DNA of 64,000 nt from Botryllus schlosseri (taxonomy: Eukaryota): positions 1,118,001 through 1,182,000 of the forward strand of contig CM119371.1 of NCBI GenBank assembly GCA_051294905.1, in the 5' to 3' direction. The notes under the pieces were generated by a model, which saw nothing but the letters and a program-made list of their open reading frames with translations, searched no databases and was not told the origin of the DNA. How positions within the stretch are numbered: position 1 is the stretch's first letter; every line of letters begins with the position of its first letter. The position numbers were made by a program, and so were the translations under genes. Shown in pieces: positions 63,755 to 64,000 of this stretch.

Positions 63755-64000
63755 CAGTTGTTCCCAACGTGGGCGATATCGCCCCCCAGGGTGCGATTTG
63801 GCGATCTAGGGGGGCGAAAATGACGAAGGGGGCGACATGGGGGCGGAAATGGACAAAGGGGGCGACGGGGGGCGAAAATAGCGAAGGGGGCGATGACGCG
63901 TAAAAAACGTTATTTTCAGCTCTGAGCGGAGAAAGATGGCCTATTTTTTTAGTCAACCCGCCGGTGATTACAGTCTGTATGCCCATTTATCGGTGCACAA
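63755..64000 (+). mobile_element. Family F hAT MITE, runs off the window
   Basis: CAGTTGTTCCCAACGTGGGCG start after CTCTAGAG; colinear with 63372-63670. Confidence 0.85.

Noticed and set aside
63353..63986. Pro/Gly-rich ORFs
   Set aside because: Translations of GGGGCGA subterminal repeats of the family F MITEs

Overview
AT-rich eukaryotic (metazoan, probably marine invertebrate, possibly ascidian) genomic DNA dominated by transposable elements. There are no prokaryotic features and no CRISPR array. The only long ORF is an apparently intact Ty3/gypsy (Mag-like) LTR retrotransposon on the minus strand (26165-31101; 231-bp LTRs differing at 1 position, 5-bp TSD, tRNA-Ser PBS, single 1493-aa gag-pol ORF). 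Next to it is an intron-rich THAP-domain P-element/THAP9-like transposase whose spliced frame is open but is cut off before the catalytic core (32365-34043). The remainder contains: many non-autonomous hAT elements with 8-bp TSDs; a P-like palindromic MITE; two tRNA-derived SINEs; a satellite array with an inverted copy; a segmental duplication (about 16.1-23.2 kb vs 34.9-44.5 kb); and scattered, partly decayed spliced exons (LRR-like exons at 51.6-59.8 kb, BH3-like and RHIM-like motifs). Comparing the duplicated copies shows that the recurrent TAGGCCTA/TAGGCTA words are insertions at TA sites, consistent with transposon excision footprints. Host-gene exon calls are manual and tentative.
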